Origin: Ministeria vibrans ATCC 50519 | Taxonomy: Eukaryota > Protista > Filasterea | Reading direction: 5' to 3' | Assembly: GCA_943704425.1 (NCBI GenBank) | Contig: CALSCP010000738.1 | Location: forward strand, 59,972-123,971 | Length of the DNA: 64,000 bases | In this document: positions 10,398 to 22,932 of the stretch, piece after piece | Numbering within the stretch: position 1 is the stretch's first letter | How the letters are laid out: each line of letters starts with the position of its first letter | The notes under the pieces: model-generated | Database searches by the model: none | What the model saw: the letters and a program-made list of their open reading frames with translations, nothing else | What the model was told of the DNA's origin: nothing | Position numbers and translations under genes: made by a program

Positions 10398-11905
10398 TTA
10401 TTTCTTCTCTCCTCCACTCGTATCATCACCGCTGGCCAGCCCCGCCTCCTTCTCCGCCTCCATCTTTTTCTGCTCCTCGCGCGCCGCTCGTCGTTCCTTG
10501 GCGGCCGCCACCTCGGCCGGTCGGCGAGCCAAGTACACCTTGTGCAACACCTTGCCTCGCTGCGTCCACCGACTCGTCTCGACCAGACGCGTGTGTGCAA
10601 GGGACTCAACCGCCTGGCGCAATGGAACCACATCAACAACGGAAATGCGCGAGCCTGCGTGAACCACTGACTGCCCAATCATGAGGGCTGCTGCACAGTG
10701 CATCTCGAGCTTGCCACGGTCACACAAGTCGCCGTAGGCACGCGCCTGGCCCTGCGCCTCGTACGTGCGCTCCAGCTTGCTCTGCAGCGTCTCACAAAAC
10801 TTGGTCGCCGTCAGCACCACCGACTCATCCACCTCGACATCGTTGTCGTCGGCGTCCAGACTGTAGCCACAGCCACACGCAAGCGGTGTGTAGCCCTCGT
10901 GCCATGCCGTGCGTCCCACTACGTCCGCCAACAGACTCACCGCCGTCGGCAACGTCTCGCTCGCCGCAATGCTGACGCAGAGGGTCACCAGCGACGAGAG
11001 AGGCGCCCGAAACACCGGTTCGTCCAGGCGTCGTTGGTCTTCGCGCGCCTGCTCCGTCTTCACGTCCGCCTGCAGCGCACGACCCACATCAAACATGAGT
11101 GCCGAAAAGAACCGCGCGCACGCCTGCACCACCGCAAGTTCGCTTCGATAGTCGCGCATCAGGGTGACCACACGCGCAAGCAACTCAAAGCCATGCGCAT
11201 CGTTGAGCGCGTCCACAACAGCTCGGCGCTGCGCACGCGTGTTGCGCACCAGCAGCGAATGGAGCACATCGATGCGCGTGAGCAGTTCAGCTCGCGCATT
11301 GCCTGAAGACGGTACCACAATGATGCGTCGCACCACTGCCGTGTCAATGAGCACCAGATGAAAGTCAGTGTGTTCGTCAAGACACGCCGCCAAATTGACC
11401 CGGCCACGGCGCAAGTGCAACAACTGTGACAACAGACGGAGCAGCGGTAGTGCACGGTGGCGATCGACGACGCGCAGCTCGGCCACTAGACTGTGCACAA
11501 AGGCCTCGTCGGTGCGTCGCGATGCCTCGCGCGCCGCAAAGCACACCGACCCTTGGTCAATGATGCTGTAGTTGAGACGACGCGCTATGCACATCAGAAA
11601 CTCTTCGACGGCCGCAGCGTCGTCGTCGTCGCCCTTGCTGGCCTTGGCATCGCCTCCACCACTACCATCCGAAGTAAGTGAAGGGTAGAACAGGCGCGAC
11701 ACAAGCATAAAGTGGTCGCGCAGAAAATAAACAAGCTCCTCGAGAGGCGTCATGACGATGGCCGCTGCCACAATGCGACGCAGCGGACCCATCAGGCGCG
11801 CGTCAAGAGCGCGCGCAGACACCTCACAGAGCACCTGGGACGTCGAAATGCCTGCCCCTCGCAGCGCCTCTTCGTCCACTATTTCAAAATACACCGTGAG
11901 AAAAT

Positions 11906-11961
<56 letters not shown>

Positions 11962-13257
11962 ACACAGACACACACATATTAGTATCGGTGCACATACCAA
12001 GTCCAAACAGGTTGCCGAGCATCCATGCCATCGGTACATCCGCACCGTCCGCCACGACACGAAGTGCCATCTTGAGCACGGGCCCTTTTCCTGTCGACTC
12101 CTCAATGAGTGGCAGTGCCTTTTTGCGACTGCGCTGCAACAGTCGACTCATCTCCTTGCGCGCGCGATTCGTCTTCTCCGCAGTTTTTCTTCGTGTGCGC
12201 TCCGCCACGTTGTCCGGCACTCGCTCCAGTTGAGGCGTGTCTGCATCCGAGCGCAGGTCCAGTTGAAGACCCGACGACGTGCCAAGGCCACGCACACTGC
12301 GCTGTCTCCTAGGCGTAGAATCAACCTTGACGGCCGCATCACCGTTACTGTTGTCCTCCGCGCCACTCTCGCTGCCACTGCCGTCCGTTTCGCCGAGCTG
12401 TTCGCTTGTGCGTCGTCGGTCTGTCGGCGACTGCGGTGATTCTTCACTGAAACTCCCACTGGCGCTGGTACCACTGCTAGGCAAGGCAGATTGTGACGGG
12501 CTGCGCGACGATGTAGAGGACGGCACATCCGAGGGTGCTCTTCTGCGACGCGCATCAACCGAGCCACGACCAAGCAGACTTCGACCGTGATTGACACCCG
12601 CACGTCGCTCAGCCGTGTCCCGCTGCATTGAGCTCAGACTCTGCGACGAGGTGGTGCGACTAAAAAGTGCAGGAACAGCCGTCGGCAGTCTATTCCGTGT
12701 CTCGGGCGGCAAAATAACCGTCTGCTCCGACGGCACCCACATACGAAGCTCCAGCTCAATACGATACAAACTGTTCCGTCGCACCATTGCACTGCCTAGC
12801 ACCGAAGCTGCCTGTCGTCCCAACGCCGTGTCGTCGTTCGACATCTACTCATCACCGTGGTAAGCAAGGAAAACCAAACAGACCAAAAAGAGAAACAATA
12901 AAGATGCATCATCTATACCTCAATAAAAGTGTCAAGGGCCGGACCAAAGAGAAAGGTGAGTGTCTTTTTGGGAAGCACTTGAGAGAGTAGGACGTCATCG
13001 AGCACTATTTGAGCAAAGAGCGCGGCGTAGGCGGATCCACGGTTGCGCAAGAGTTCGAGGACCGGGTGACAGAGAAGGAGGCAGAGGGGCAGGGAGGCTT
13101 TGCCACCGGCGGCACTGACGCTCACCAGCACGGCCAGACTCGAGCATAGGCACCCGAGCGCATCCACGTCTTTACTGGCGAGAACGTCGCGTACAAAGGC
13201 AGTCACAAGAGTCACAAGCTGCACTGCCGAGGCGCGATGAGAAGAGCTGGACACTAC

Positions 13258-13288
<31 letters not shown>

Positions 13289-13923
13289 GAGGGAGCAATG
13301 AAGGCGGCCGAGTCGTCGGTGGTGGCGCCTCCAAGAATCTGCGCCGCTGCGGCCACAAACAACTCAATGTTCTCCTGTGGCGCACCCTTTTGAGGCCATT
13401 GATGACACAGATGGCCGGCAAAGGCAGCGCGCAACGGGATCGAGTCGTCAAGGCGACAGAGACGCTCGACTTGTGTAAGGATGCGCTGGCGCGTCTCGTC
13501 GGCAAGCGAGAGATCGTCAAAGGGAAAAAGCAAGACAGCAAGGTCGGCGGCACGTGGGTAGCAGGCGGTGGCGAGCGTCTTGTCGTCCATGCCGCCGAGG
13601 AAGGTGGCAAAGACACTGGCAATGTCGCCGGACGCCGTCTGATTGCGTTTCTCAACGGTGTCGCCGACGATGCTTGCGAGCGCACTCATCACTACCGCGT
13701 CGCCCGCAACACCGTGGAACACGTGATCGCTCGGCAGCGACGAGAGCAAATCGGACACGAGCGCGGCAAGACGCAGGAAAAGTTCGCTCGGGCCCGACCC
13801 TTTTGTTTTTTTCTTCTCCACCAATGCCACGGCGCGTATCAGGTCACCTGTCGCCGCCCCAAACTCGCCAATGGCCGTCTTCTTCCCTTTGGTGCGAGAC
13901 CAGGTCAGTTTGGGAGACTTCAT
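10398..13923 (-). CDS. Large helical-repeat (ARM/HEAT-like) protein, about 1100 aa, 3 exons; N-terminus weakly PP2A B56-like
   Basis: ORFs 12913-13971, 11879-12844 and 10398-11975 join through GT-AG introns (about 12845-12917 and 11880-11996). Two Leu/Ala-rich helical blocks flank a Ser/Arg-rich linker. Confidence 0.7.
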
Positions 13924-14131
13924 TCTGTGATTCAAATCGGCAACGCCAAATAAAGATTGTGACGTAAACAAGAAAAGGAACTCAAAGTGAATTATTTAAG
14001 AGTTAAAATAAATTTATTGTGACTTTCCGCTTTTTAAAAACAAAAAAAAAAACAAAACAGATCCAAAACGTCGCGCTGGAGCGACGGCATGAATGATTTG
14101 TGCACAGAGTATATATTATATAAAGTTTATT

Positions 14132-17100
14132 TTATAACGACAGATTCTCGGTGTACACCAGCACGGGGGGCCTGGCGGGCAGATCCTTGTCGGAGACAGT
14201 GGTGTCGTAGGAGCCGCTGGAGGCCGCAGAGTCACCGACAAGCAATTGGAGATGCGCTCGCTCCAAGATGCGTTCGTCGGCAAGCGTCTCTCGGTCGGAC
14301 TCGTCGTCGTTGCCTGCAGCCAAGTGCTTGAACGAGCTAAAGTTAGGAATGGCATTGCTACTCTCGCGTGGCGCCTGTCGGAACGAGGGGACGCCCGCAA
14401 GCGCCGCCGCAATATTCTCGCGCTCGTAGCGATCATCGTCTGCAAGCTCAAGTTCACTCATGTCCACGCCAAGCACTCGTCCGACGCGGTCCTCGGGTGT
14501 GCGCACAGGCGACATATCTTCGACGTAGGTGAACGTGTCAACGTGCTGATCGGCACCAGCGTTGTAGTTGTCCTCGTGGTACTCGGTCGGCGCATGATGT
14601 GTGTAGACGGTCTCTAGACTGCCGGTCCCGTCAAAGATGACACGCGACACGCTATCGTCGCACTCGTCCGTATCCGCGTTGATGAGCTGGACCTCGTGCA
14701 CGGTCACCACCTCATCGCGACTGTTGGCCAGAATCGACGGAATGTGCACTCGGCGACGTGGCTCGGGCGCAACGTGAGACGCGGGTGCCGGAGCTTTCGC
14801 TGAACCTGGCAAGGGTGCCTCAAAAGCGCGCTTGATGCAGCTAGGGATGCGCACCCGCGTGCGAGGACTCTCATTGTGCGGCCTGTCCTTGTTGTTCTGC
14901 GCAGGTGGAGGGCTTAAGTGACCCTCGAGAGCACGCACCACACACGATGGTATCTTGACACGACCCACAAACAGGTTGGATGTGGGACTTGCCACAACCC
15001 CCACCTCAGTATGTTCGCTTTCGGCCCTCTTGTCAGCGATAGGGGTGGTCGACGTTGTGGTGTCTTCGAGTTCGAGCGACAACAACGATGGCGGTCCTTC
15101 GACTTTGTGTTGCGACAATGGACGCTTTATAGGACTCGCGGGCGCTGAAGGGGCGTCTACCACAGACAAAGGCGGTGGCGATGGGCTGCGAGCGCGTACG
15201 GCGACCTGGCGCGGAAGCGACACCGTGATGGAGGTAACGCCCGTGGAAAACGGCGCGTCGAGTGAAGCGACAGCTATAGCTGCTGGTGGTGGTGGAGGAG
15301 GAGGAGGAGGTGGTGGTGTTGGTGGTGAAATGCTGGTGGCGGATGCTTGTGGTTGTGGTGGAGGAGATGGAATGACCGCTGAGAAAGCGGGCGTCACCAT
15401 AGGCGGGGTTGCTGTTGTTGCGGACTTTATCGGTGTAGAATTTTGAGAAGGTGGTGGTGGTGGAGGTGGAATGGCCGCTGAGGAAGCGGGCGTCACTGTA
15501 CGCGGTGTTGCTGTTGTTGCGGCAATAGTTGGTGTAGATTTTGGAGGAGGAGGAGGAGGTGGTGGTGGTGGTGGTGGTGCAGAAGACTGAACATAATTGG
15601 TATTGACATGTTGTGAGGGGATAGGTGGAATGAGAATGGACGAGGGACGGTCGCGAGAGGTGGCGGCAGTGGCGGCCGAAACGCTTACAGTCCGCGTTTT
15701 GGGACGACTCTGCGGAGCAATGTAATCGTAGTCGTCGTCGTCTGTATCACGCGCCGAGCCTGTGGATGAGGCGGGACGTTCAGCCTGAGGCATGAAGTAA
15801 CCCGAGTCGGCATGCTCGTTGGCCTGCGGAGGGGGCGTGGATGGAGGAGGAGTCCTGGGGATGAACGATGGGTAGGAGGAGCGTGTGGGTGGTGAGCGTG
15901 GAGGAGTGGATGGAAAGGCTGCTTTGGATTGGGGCGCGTCGTCGGTCACGAGTGGCGCACGGGGCATGGCCAGTGCCTGTTCCAGCTTGGCGGCAATTCG
16001 TGCCCGAGAAGATGGGGGAGGAGGAATGCCTTTGGTTGCAACGGCTGCAGTTTTCACGGGCACGGCGTCGCGCAGGTCGCTCTCGGGAGCGTCATCGAGA
16101 CGAGAGGAAAAGGTAGTCTCGGGAAGATTGTGCGTCTCCACCAACCATCCGGAAGCGAGTTGTTGGCCAAGTGACGATGCGTTTGGTGGACTGGAGGGTG
16201 ACGAGAGTTGCGCGTGAGGAAGGGCGGCGACGGCATCGGCAGTGGCGCGACGATGCGGTTGGGTCTTGGCAACAGGAGGGAGAGGAGGCGGAGGCGGAGA
16301 AGAGGAACTGGCCAACTGAGGTTCATGAGGCAGAGTCCGCGAAAGAACAGGTGGAGAGGGAGACGACCGACGACGCAGCTGTACGGGAGTCAACACCTCG
16401 CCGTCGTCAGTGGCAGCAGCCGGATCGACAAGCCAAGAGGGAGCAGCAAACGCGATGCGGTCGGCGGCACTTGAGCGCCGCACTGCCTTGTCGAAAAAGC
16501 TTTCGCAACGCGTCAGCTGTGCACTAATGTCCCCAAGTGCCATCTCCTGCTGCTCTCGGTTCACTTCCGAGCTGTTCTCTTCTTCTTCTTCTAAAACGCG
16601 GTACTTATCATCGTCGTCGCTTTCGTCATCTTCGAGCCATCCGGGCGTATTGAGACGCTCGACAGTGCTTGCTCGGCGCATCGCCTTGTCGGTGAAAGAC
16701 TCCAAGCGCTCCACTGAGCCACCCTGCGGACTCTTGGACTGTTCTTCGCGTCGTCGCTGGTACTGACCCACCAGTGGAGTACCCGGCGGCGGCACTGCAG
16801 GAGGAGGTGGTGGAGGTGGCGATGTGTCGGCGGGCAATGGGAAGAGAGGAGTGTGTTTCTTGATGTGGTTGTTGTTGTTCGTGTTGTGGGCACGCGCTGA
16901 GGGTGGTGACATCCACGACGGAGCCATGAGACGGCCTGTCTCTGGATTTGTCGAGGGTTTCGTTGCAATTACATCGACAGTATTTCTGCGTTGAGGTTGC
17001 GGCGAGGGAACAGGAGAGAGTTCGGGCGGCTCTTCAACCATCAAGTTGTCGTTTGTGTGGTTGTGGTGGTTTCTTTCTTCTTGGTCGTTGTCGTCGCTGT

Positions 17101-18176
17101 CGTCGTTGCCGTCAGCGGCGGAAACGGTGGACTCTTCTGGGTGCAATGGTACTACTTCACCGAGGTCCTCAAGTTCGGGCAGACGAGCGGCACCAAAATT
17201 GCGGGTGCTTACGTTGTCAAGGGACAGGCTGCGTTTCTCGAGGACCTTGTGCCGTCTTCGGGCCGACTTGGTGCGCAACGGGTTGATGAAAGCTTTGGGA
17301 GATGACGCATCGTCGTCGACGACGCTGTCGGCGACACTACTACAGACGTCTGCAAAGGGCATTGCGGCGTCGGGTGGATTTGAGGCGGTGATGAGAGCAG
17401 GCAGACCAAGGTCGTCTCGAGTCAGGCGAATCGACGGAGCAAATGCCTTCGGAGCTGCATCGTTGGACGTCGGCGGTGCGCTTGGAGGCGTGGGAGGGGG
17501 CGGTGAGAGAGAGACACGCCTGCCTGCCGCTTCCTTCGGCGTCGCCTTAGCGACAGCCGTCGTCTTCGCTCTTGTCTCGTCTCCTTGGGACTCTATGAGT
17601 TCGCTTACGTCGCGCAAAGCCGCATGACCAATAAAATCCTTGGCAATAGTCGATGTCCAAAGGGCGCGGCGCATTTCCTGGACGCAAGAGAGTGTGAGTG
17701 GAAAAAAAAGAAGAAGAAAAAAACGTCTTTTTTTTTTTTTTTTTCTCCTAAATGGAATTCTTTGTCGCTGTGAAACCGCCAAAACGGTTTGCTGGAGCGC
17801 TGTGGCGAATAGACATACCTCAAGGGACTTCTCTTTGGCGGCTTGTTTCTTGGACTTGCGCTTCGCGTTGTGGGGCGAGAGAGCGGCGGTTGCGGGAGGG
17901 CCACGGGCACTTTAGATGGGACGAATGCGGTAAGTGATGGTTGTATGCCCATTCTGCGCCATACCTGCTCCTTGGCGAGTTCTCTGTGTGTGGCGACATT
18001 GGGCCGGTCATCTCGTCGAGGAGGTCGTAGTCCTCGTCGTCGTCCGACAACTGAACTGGCGGTCGTTCGTAGCGCACTGGCAGATTCGACTCGGAAGACT
18101 CGACGGCAATTGGCGGTGCGCGAGCTGGTGGAGGGGCTGCCACCGCACTACTACGACGACGCCCGACCAGTGGCAT
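14132..18176 (-). CDS. Proline-rich disordered scaffold protein, about 1300 aa, with a candidate PP1-docking motif
   Basis: 1216-codon ORF plus two short upstream exons; poly-Pro tracts; RVIF motif near the C-terminus. Confidence 0.75.
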
Positions 18177-18304
18177 GATGATTATAAAAAATGTGTGTGT
18201 GTGTCTGTCTGTCGAGTGTCGAAATAGTTGATACTCAATTCCTCGTAATTAATCATAAAATGAAGTCAATCGTCAATTCGTCATTCTTTTCATCTTTTGT
18301 CGCC

Positions 18305-19730
18305 ATGTACAAGCTTGTCCTCATTGCTGCGCTCGCGCTCCTCGCCACCCCGGCTCTTGCTGCTCCCAAGGTTCAGCTGGCGCTGTACTACGAGAGCCTC
18401 TGCCCCTACTGCCAGCAGGTGAGCCGCTGCTTCTCTCCCCCTTCCATCCACGCCCAGCTCATGCGTGCTCCTTGTCTCCCACACACTCCTCTTTTGCGCA
18501 TGGAAGCATTCTTCTGTCAAACAAACACCCAAACAACAAAAAAAAAAAAAAAAAAAAAAAAAGCGAATTGCCAATTGCCCACTGACCATATTGTACTCTA
18601 GTTCATCCAAACGTCGCTCAACGACGCGTGGACTGCCGAGGGTGTCAAAGACATCTTTGAAATGTAAGCGCATCAACGGATTTCTGCGGTCAACTGACTC
18701 CTCAATATTGTCCCATGTCAATTTCTTGTCTCTAGTGCTTTCATCCCGTACGGAAACGCCCACGAGACCACCACTGGTGGTGGCACGTACGACTGGACCT
18801 GCCAGGTAGAGAATAGGACCAACCTTTTTCGTTTTTGCGCTGATTTGTATTTTTATTTTTTTGATTGATGTTTTTTTTGTTTTGTTTTTGCTTTTGTATT
18901 CGTTTCCAGCACGGTCCTAACGAGTGCGCCGGCAACCTCCTCGAGTCGTGTGTCCTTGGCCTCAACCCCAACCAGGTACACATCTCGAGTCTCGCACATG
19001 CTTGACCAACCGGATAGCTCACTCGCATTGTTTTGTCTTATGCGTCTCGTAGACTGTCTACTACCCTGTCATCCACTGTCTCGAGGGCAAGAACGACCCC
19101 GGCAGCGCCGGCCAGGAGGTACCGAGAGATACAAGAACAGTGCCCGGTGGAATCGTTTAGCTTCTTATTCATGCGTCTTTTCTTGTGTAGTGCTGCGAGA
19201 AGTTCGGTGTCGACTACAACGCTGTCAAGACTTGCGTCGACGGATCTCAGGGTACGCCTGTCTCGCTCACGCGCGTGTGTGTCTGTCTTGCGTCTCTTAC
19301 AGTGCTCTTTTTCTTGTCTTTTCATTCTCTTTAGGCAACCACCTGCAGCACGTGAACGCGCAGAAGACTGACGCGCTCAACCCCCCTCACCAATACGTTC
19401 CCTGGTATGACCTTTTTTGATATCTTCCCTTCACCTCACTCACTCACTCTCTCTCTCTCTATCACGTTGTTTCTCTCTCCCATTATGCTTGTAGGATCAC
19501 CGCCGGTGGCAAGCACACCGAGGCCATCCAGAACGCCGTGCAGGTGCGAAAACCCTCCATCATCTTCTCACTCACTCACTCGCACTCTCTCACTCACTCA
19601 CTCACTCTCTCACTCTCTCTTTTTCTCTCTCTCTTAGGACGACGCTCTCAAGTACATCTGCGAGAACTACACTGGCGTCAAGCCCGCCGGCTGCCCCAAG
19701 ACCACCATCAAGGGCTGCATGCGCAACTAA
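18305..19730 (+). CDS. IFI30: Gamma-interferon-inducible lysosomal thiol reductase (GILT), many small exons
   Basis: Signal peptide; YYESLCPYC (CxxC), PYGNA, CQHGPNECAGNLLESC, HQYVPW. Confidence 0.95.
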
Positions 19731-19790
19731 GCTTGTGATCAAGAAGAATTAATGAATAAAAAAAATTAAAAAAAAACAATTTTTTTTTTC

Positions 19791-20663
19791 ATGAAGACTC
19801 AATTTTCAGACTCGTCCGACGAAGAGCAGACACCCACCGTCGATGTAGTACAGGCGAAAAGCAAAAAGAAGAAGAAACAGAAGCGTCGGGCGGACGAGAG
19901 CGCTGATGCTGATGCGTCCGTCCCGAAACGTGCCAAATCGGCCCATTCTCAGACTCTTCCATTCGAGACGTGCGACGACGATCACTGCGAGACTCCTCTT
20001 GAAGCGTATGCGGACATGGCGCCCATTCTGAGGTCGCTCGCGACTGCCTTGGGCCGCAAAAGCGCTTCGTTGCGCATTTACGATCCGTACTATTGCGCCG
20101 GTTCGGTGCGCAGCCATCTCAACGAAGTTGGCTTTCCGCTTGTGGCAAACGAAGCGCGCGACTGCTATGCAGACTGGGCATCGACATCCGTGGCACCGCA
20201 CGACCTCCTCTTGACCAATCCGCCCTTCTCGGGCGACCATTTTGAGCGGCTCTTTGCGCACCTGACAGTCACCGCGTCGACGCCGTGGATTGTGCTTGTG
20301 CCACAGTTTGTGCACAAAAAGGACTACTTTGAGAAGGCGATGGGTGGCAGAGGCAAGGCGGCAACGCGCGTGCCGCTCTTTGTGGTGCCCCGTAAGCGCT
20401 ATGTGTTTGTGCCGCCACCCGACGCTCGTGAGAAGCGAGTCTCCGACACCCACGTGAAAACATCGCCCTTTGTCACCATGTGGATTGTGTGGGGTGGAAC
20501 TCAGGTAAGCAATGTGAAAGGAGGCACAAGCACATCAAATTGACCACGGTTTGTTTCGCTGGCACAGATCATTACGGATCGTCTTGCCGACTGCGCAAGA
20601 ACAATTCCGTCCGTCTTTGTTGCGCGATCACGGTCCCAGCTTCGAGATATGCGTCGGGTGTAG
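19791..20663 (+). CDS. Putative N6-adenine methyltransferase (NPPF motif)
   Basis: Basic NLS-like N-terminus; DDHCETP, IYDPYYCAG (SAM-binding motif I-like), LLLTNPPF (motif IV), SPFVTMW. Intron about 20505-20567. Confidence 0.72.
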
Positions 20664-20838
20664 TTTTTTTTTGTGTTAATTATAACAACAATATTGTAGG
20701 AATAAATGTAGTGAAAATTATGCATCTGACATATCTGTTTCAACTTTCAGGGATGAATAAATTAAAATTATTATTATTATTACTTTTATTGTCTCTGTCT
20801 CTCTCTCTCTCTCTCTGTTTCTCTCGACTGGTCGGAAA

Positions 20839-22564
20839 ATGTCAGAGTCGAACCAGAACATTATGAAGACATTTGCGAAGATCGCGGTGGCGGTTGGATC
20901 GTACTGGGCAGTTTCCATCTCGATGGTGAGACACAGTGAGTTGCTTTGAGAGTGCTGATCATGCACGCCTGTGCGTGTGCCTGTAGGTGTTTTTGAATTC
21001 GTATCTGTTGTCGGGGAGCGAGCGAATGGAAGCCCCCATCTTCATAACATGGTACCAGGTACGGTCCCCGATAGAAACGGAGAGGGGAAAAATAACCGTT
21101 GTCTGTGTGTGTGTGTGTGTTCGTTTCAGTGCTTCGTGGCGGTTGTTGTATTGAGCGCTGCCAGTCGTATGTCATCTCACTCGGAGACGGACAAAGATGC
21201 GTTTCCTGAGCTCACATTTGATCCTAAAATCGCACGTCAAGTTTTGCCCTTATCCATCGTTTTCGCATCGATGATCGGTAATCTCGAGCGATTTCAACCA
21301 CTGCGGACGTCTCTCATGTGTACGTTTGTGTGTATGTATGTCTGTGTGTGTGCGGTTCTTCTCGCGTAGGCTTCAACAACCTCTGCCTCAAATTCGTTGG
21401 CGTTGCCTTTTACACGGTCGCTCGATCGCTCTCAACCGTCTTCAATGTCGCCCTCACCTACTTTGTCTTGGGCGAGACCACTTCGGGTGCAGCCATGCTC
21501 TGGTACGCCAAAACCGAGCCGGATGGAACACACATATATCAATCATGGAAAATGACACGTTGTGACACATGATATTTTATCTTTTGCATGACGCACACTC
21601 AACCCACTTTGTTTCTTTTCTTCTTTTCTTTCTCACACACATTGTTTCTTTCTTTCTCTCACTTTCTTTCTTTCTTTCTTTCTCACACACGTTGTTTCTT
21701 TCTTTCTCTCACTTTGTTTGTTTCTTTCTTTCTCACACACATTGTTTCTTTCTTTCTCTCTACTGATGTTTCAGCTGCGGCGTGCTTGCCTCGGGATTCA
21801 TGCTGGGCGTACAACAAGAAGGCACGGCCGGCTCGCTTTCCTTTGTCGGAGTCCTCTTTGGTGTGCTTGCGTCGCTCTTTGTCTCTCTCAACTCCACCTA
21901 CGTCAAAAAGGTTCTTCCCGTCGTCAACAACAACTCATGGTATCTCCTTCTCAAAACAATTGTGTTGAAACTAAACATCCCCCTCGTTGTGTAGGCGATT
22001 AACATACTACAACAATGTGCTGTGCTGTTTCTTGTTTCTCCCAATGATGCTCATCAGTGGCGAATTTTCCATTGTACGCCTAGACAACAACACAAGACAA
22101 GACAACAGCCCTCCCCTCGCCTTCCAATTATTTTGGTGTATTCTGTCTATTTTTTATCATTGATATTATTGTTTGTGCTGCAGATTGTGTCGTTTCCGCT
22201 GATCACCAGTGGCTCGTTCTGGTTCATGATGACCATGGGCGGTCTTCTTGGCATTGCCATTGCCATTGTCACTGCCAACCAGATCAAGTTCACGTCACCC
22301 CTCACTCATCTGGTCTCTGGCACTGCCAAGGCCGCCACTCAGACTGTCGTTGCCATTGCTGTTGGTGACCAAGCGAAATCAGGTCCCATCAATCAACCAA
22401 TCAATCATTCGTGAAGGACTAAAGTTTTTTTCAAATTATATCTAGGACTATGGTGGTTCTCTAATGCACTTGTGCTTGGTGGATCGGCAGCGTATGCGCA
22501 GGTGCGACGACGCGAAATGGTCGCCCGAATGACCGACGATGCCGCAAACTCGGATCAAAAGTAA
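20839..22564 (+). CDS. SLC35C1: GDP-fucose transporter, multi-exon
   Basis: [58 protein letters not shown]. Confidence 0.93.
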
Positions 22565-22778
22565 AATTAACGATTGTTATTAATATTACAATAAGACTTC
22601 TCTTTTTCTCCACTTCTACTCACATCGCGCATGAACGAATGTTCTACTTGTAAAAGAGATTGTCTGCTGCCAGTATCGGGCAGCCTACGACGGCCTGTCT
22701 AAAAGAGTGCCTATACAGTCAGTCTCTTTCTCTATCACTTTGTTTCTCTCTCTCTCTCTATCACTTTCTCTCTCTATC

Positions 22779-22922
<144 letters not shown>

Positions 22923-22931
22923 NNNNNNNNN
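22923..22931. other. Assembly gap hiding the 5' part of the spectrin gene
   Basis: N run between a (TC)n tract and mid-repeat spectrin coding sequence. Confidence 0.97.
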
Positions 22932-22932
22932 C

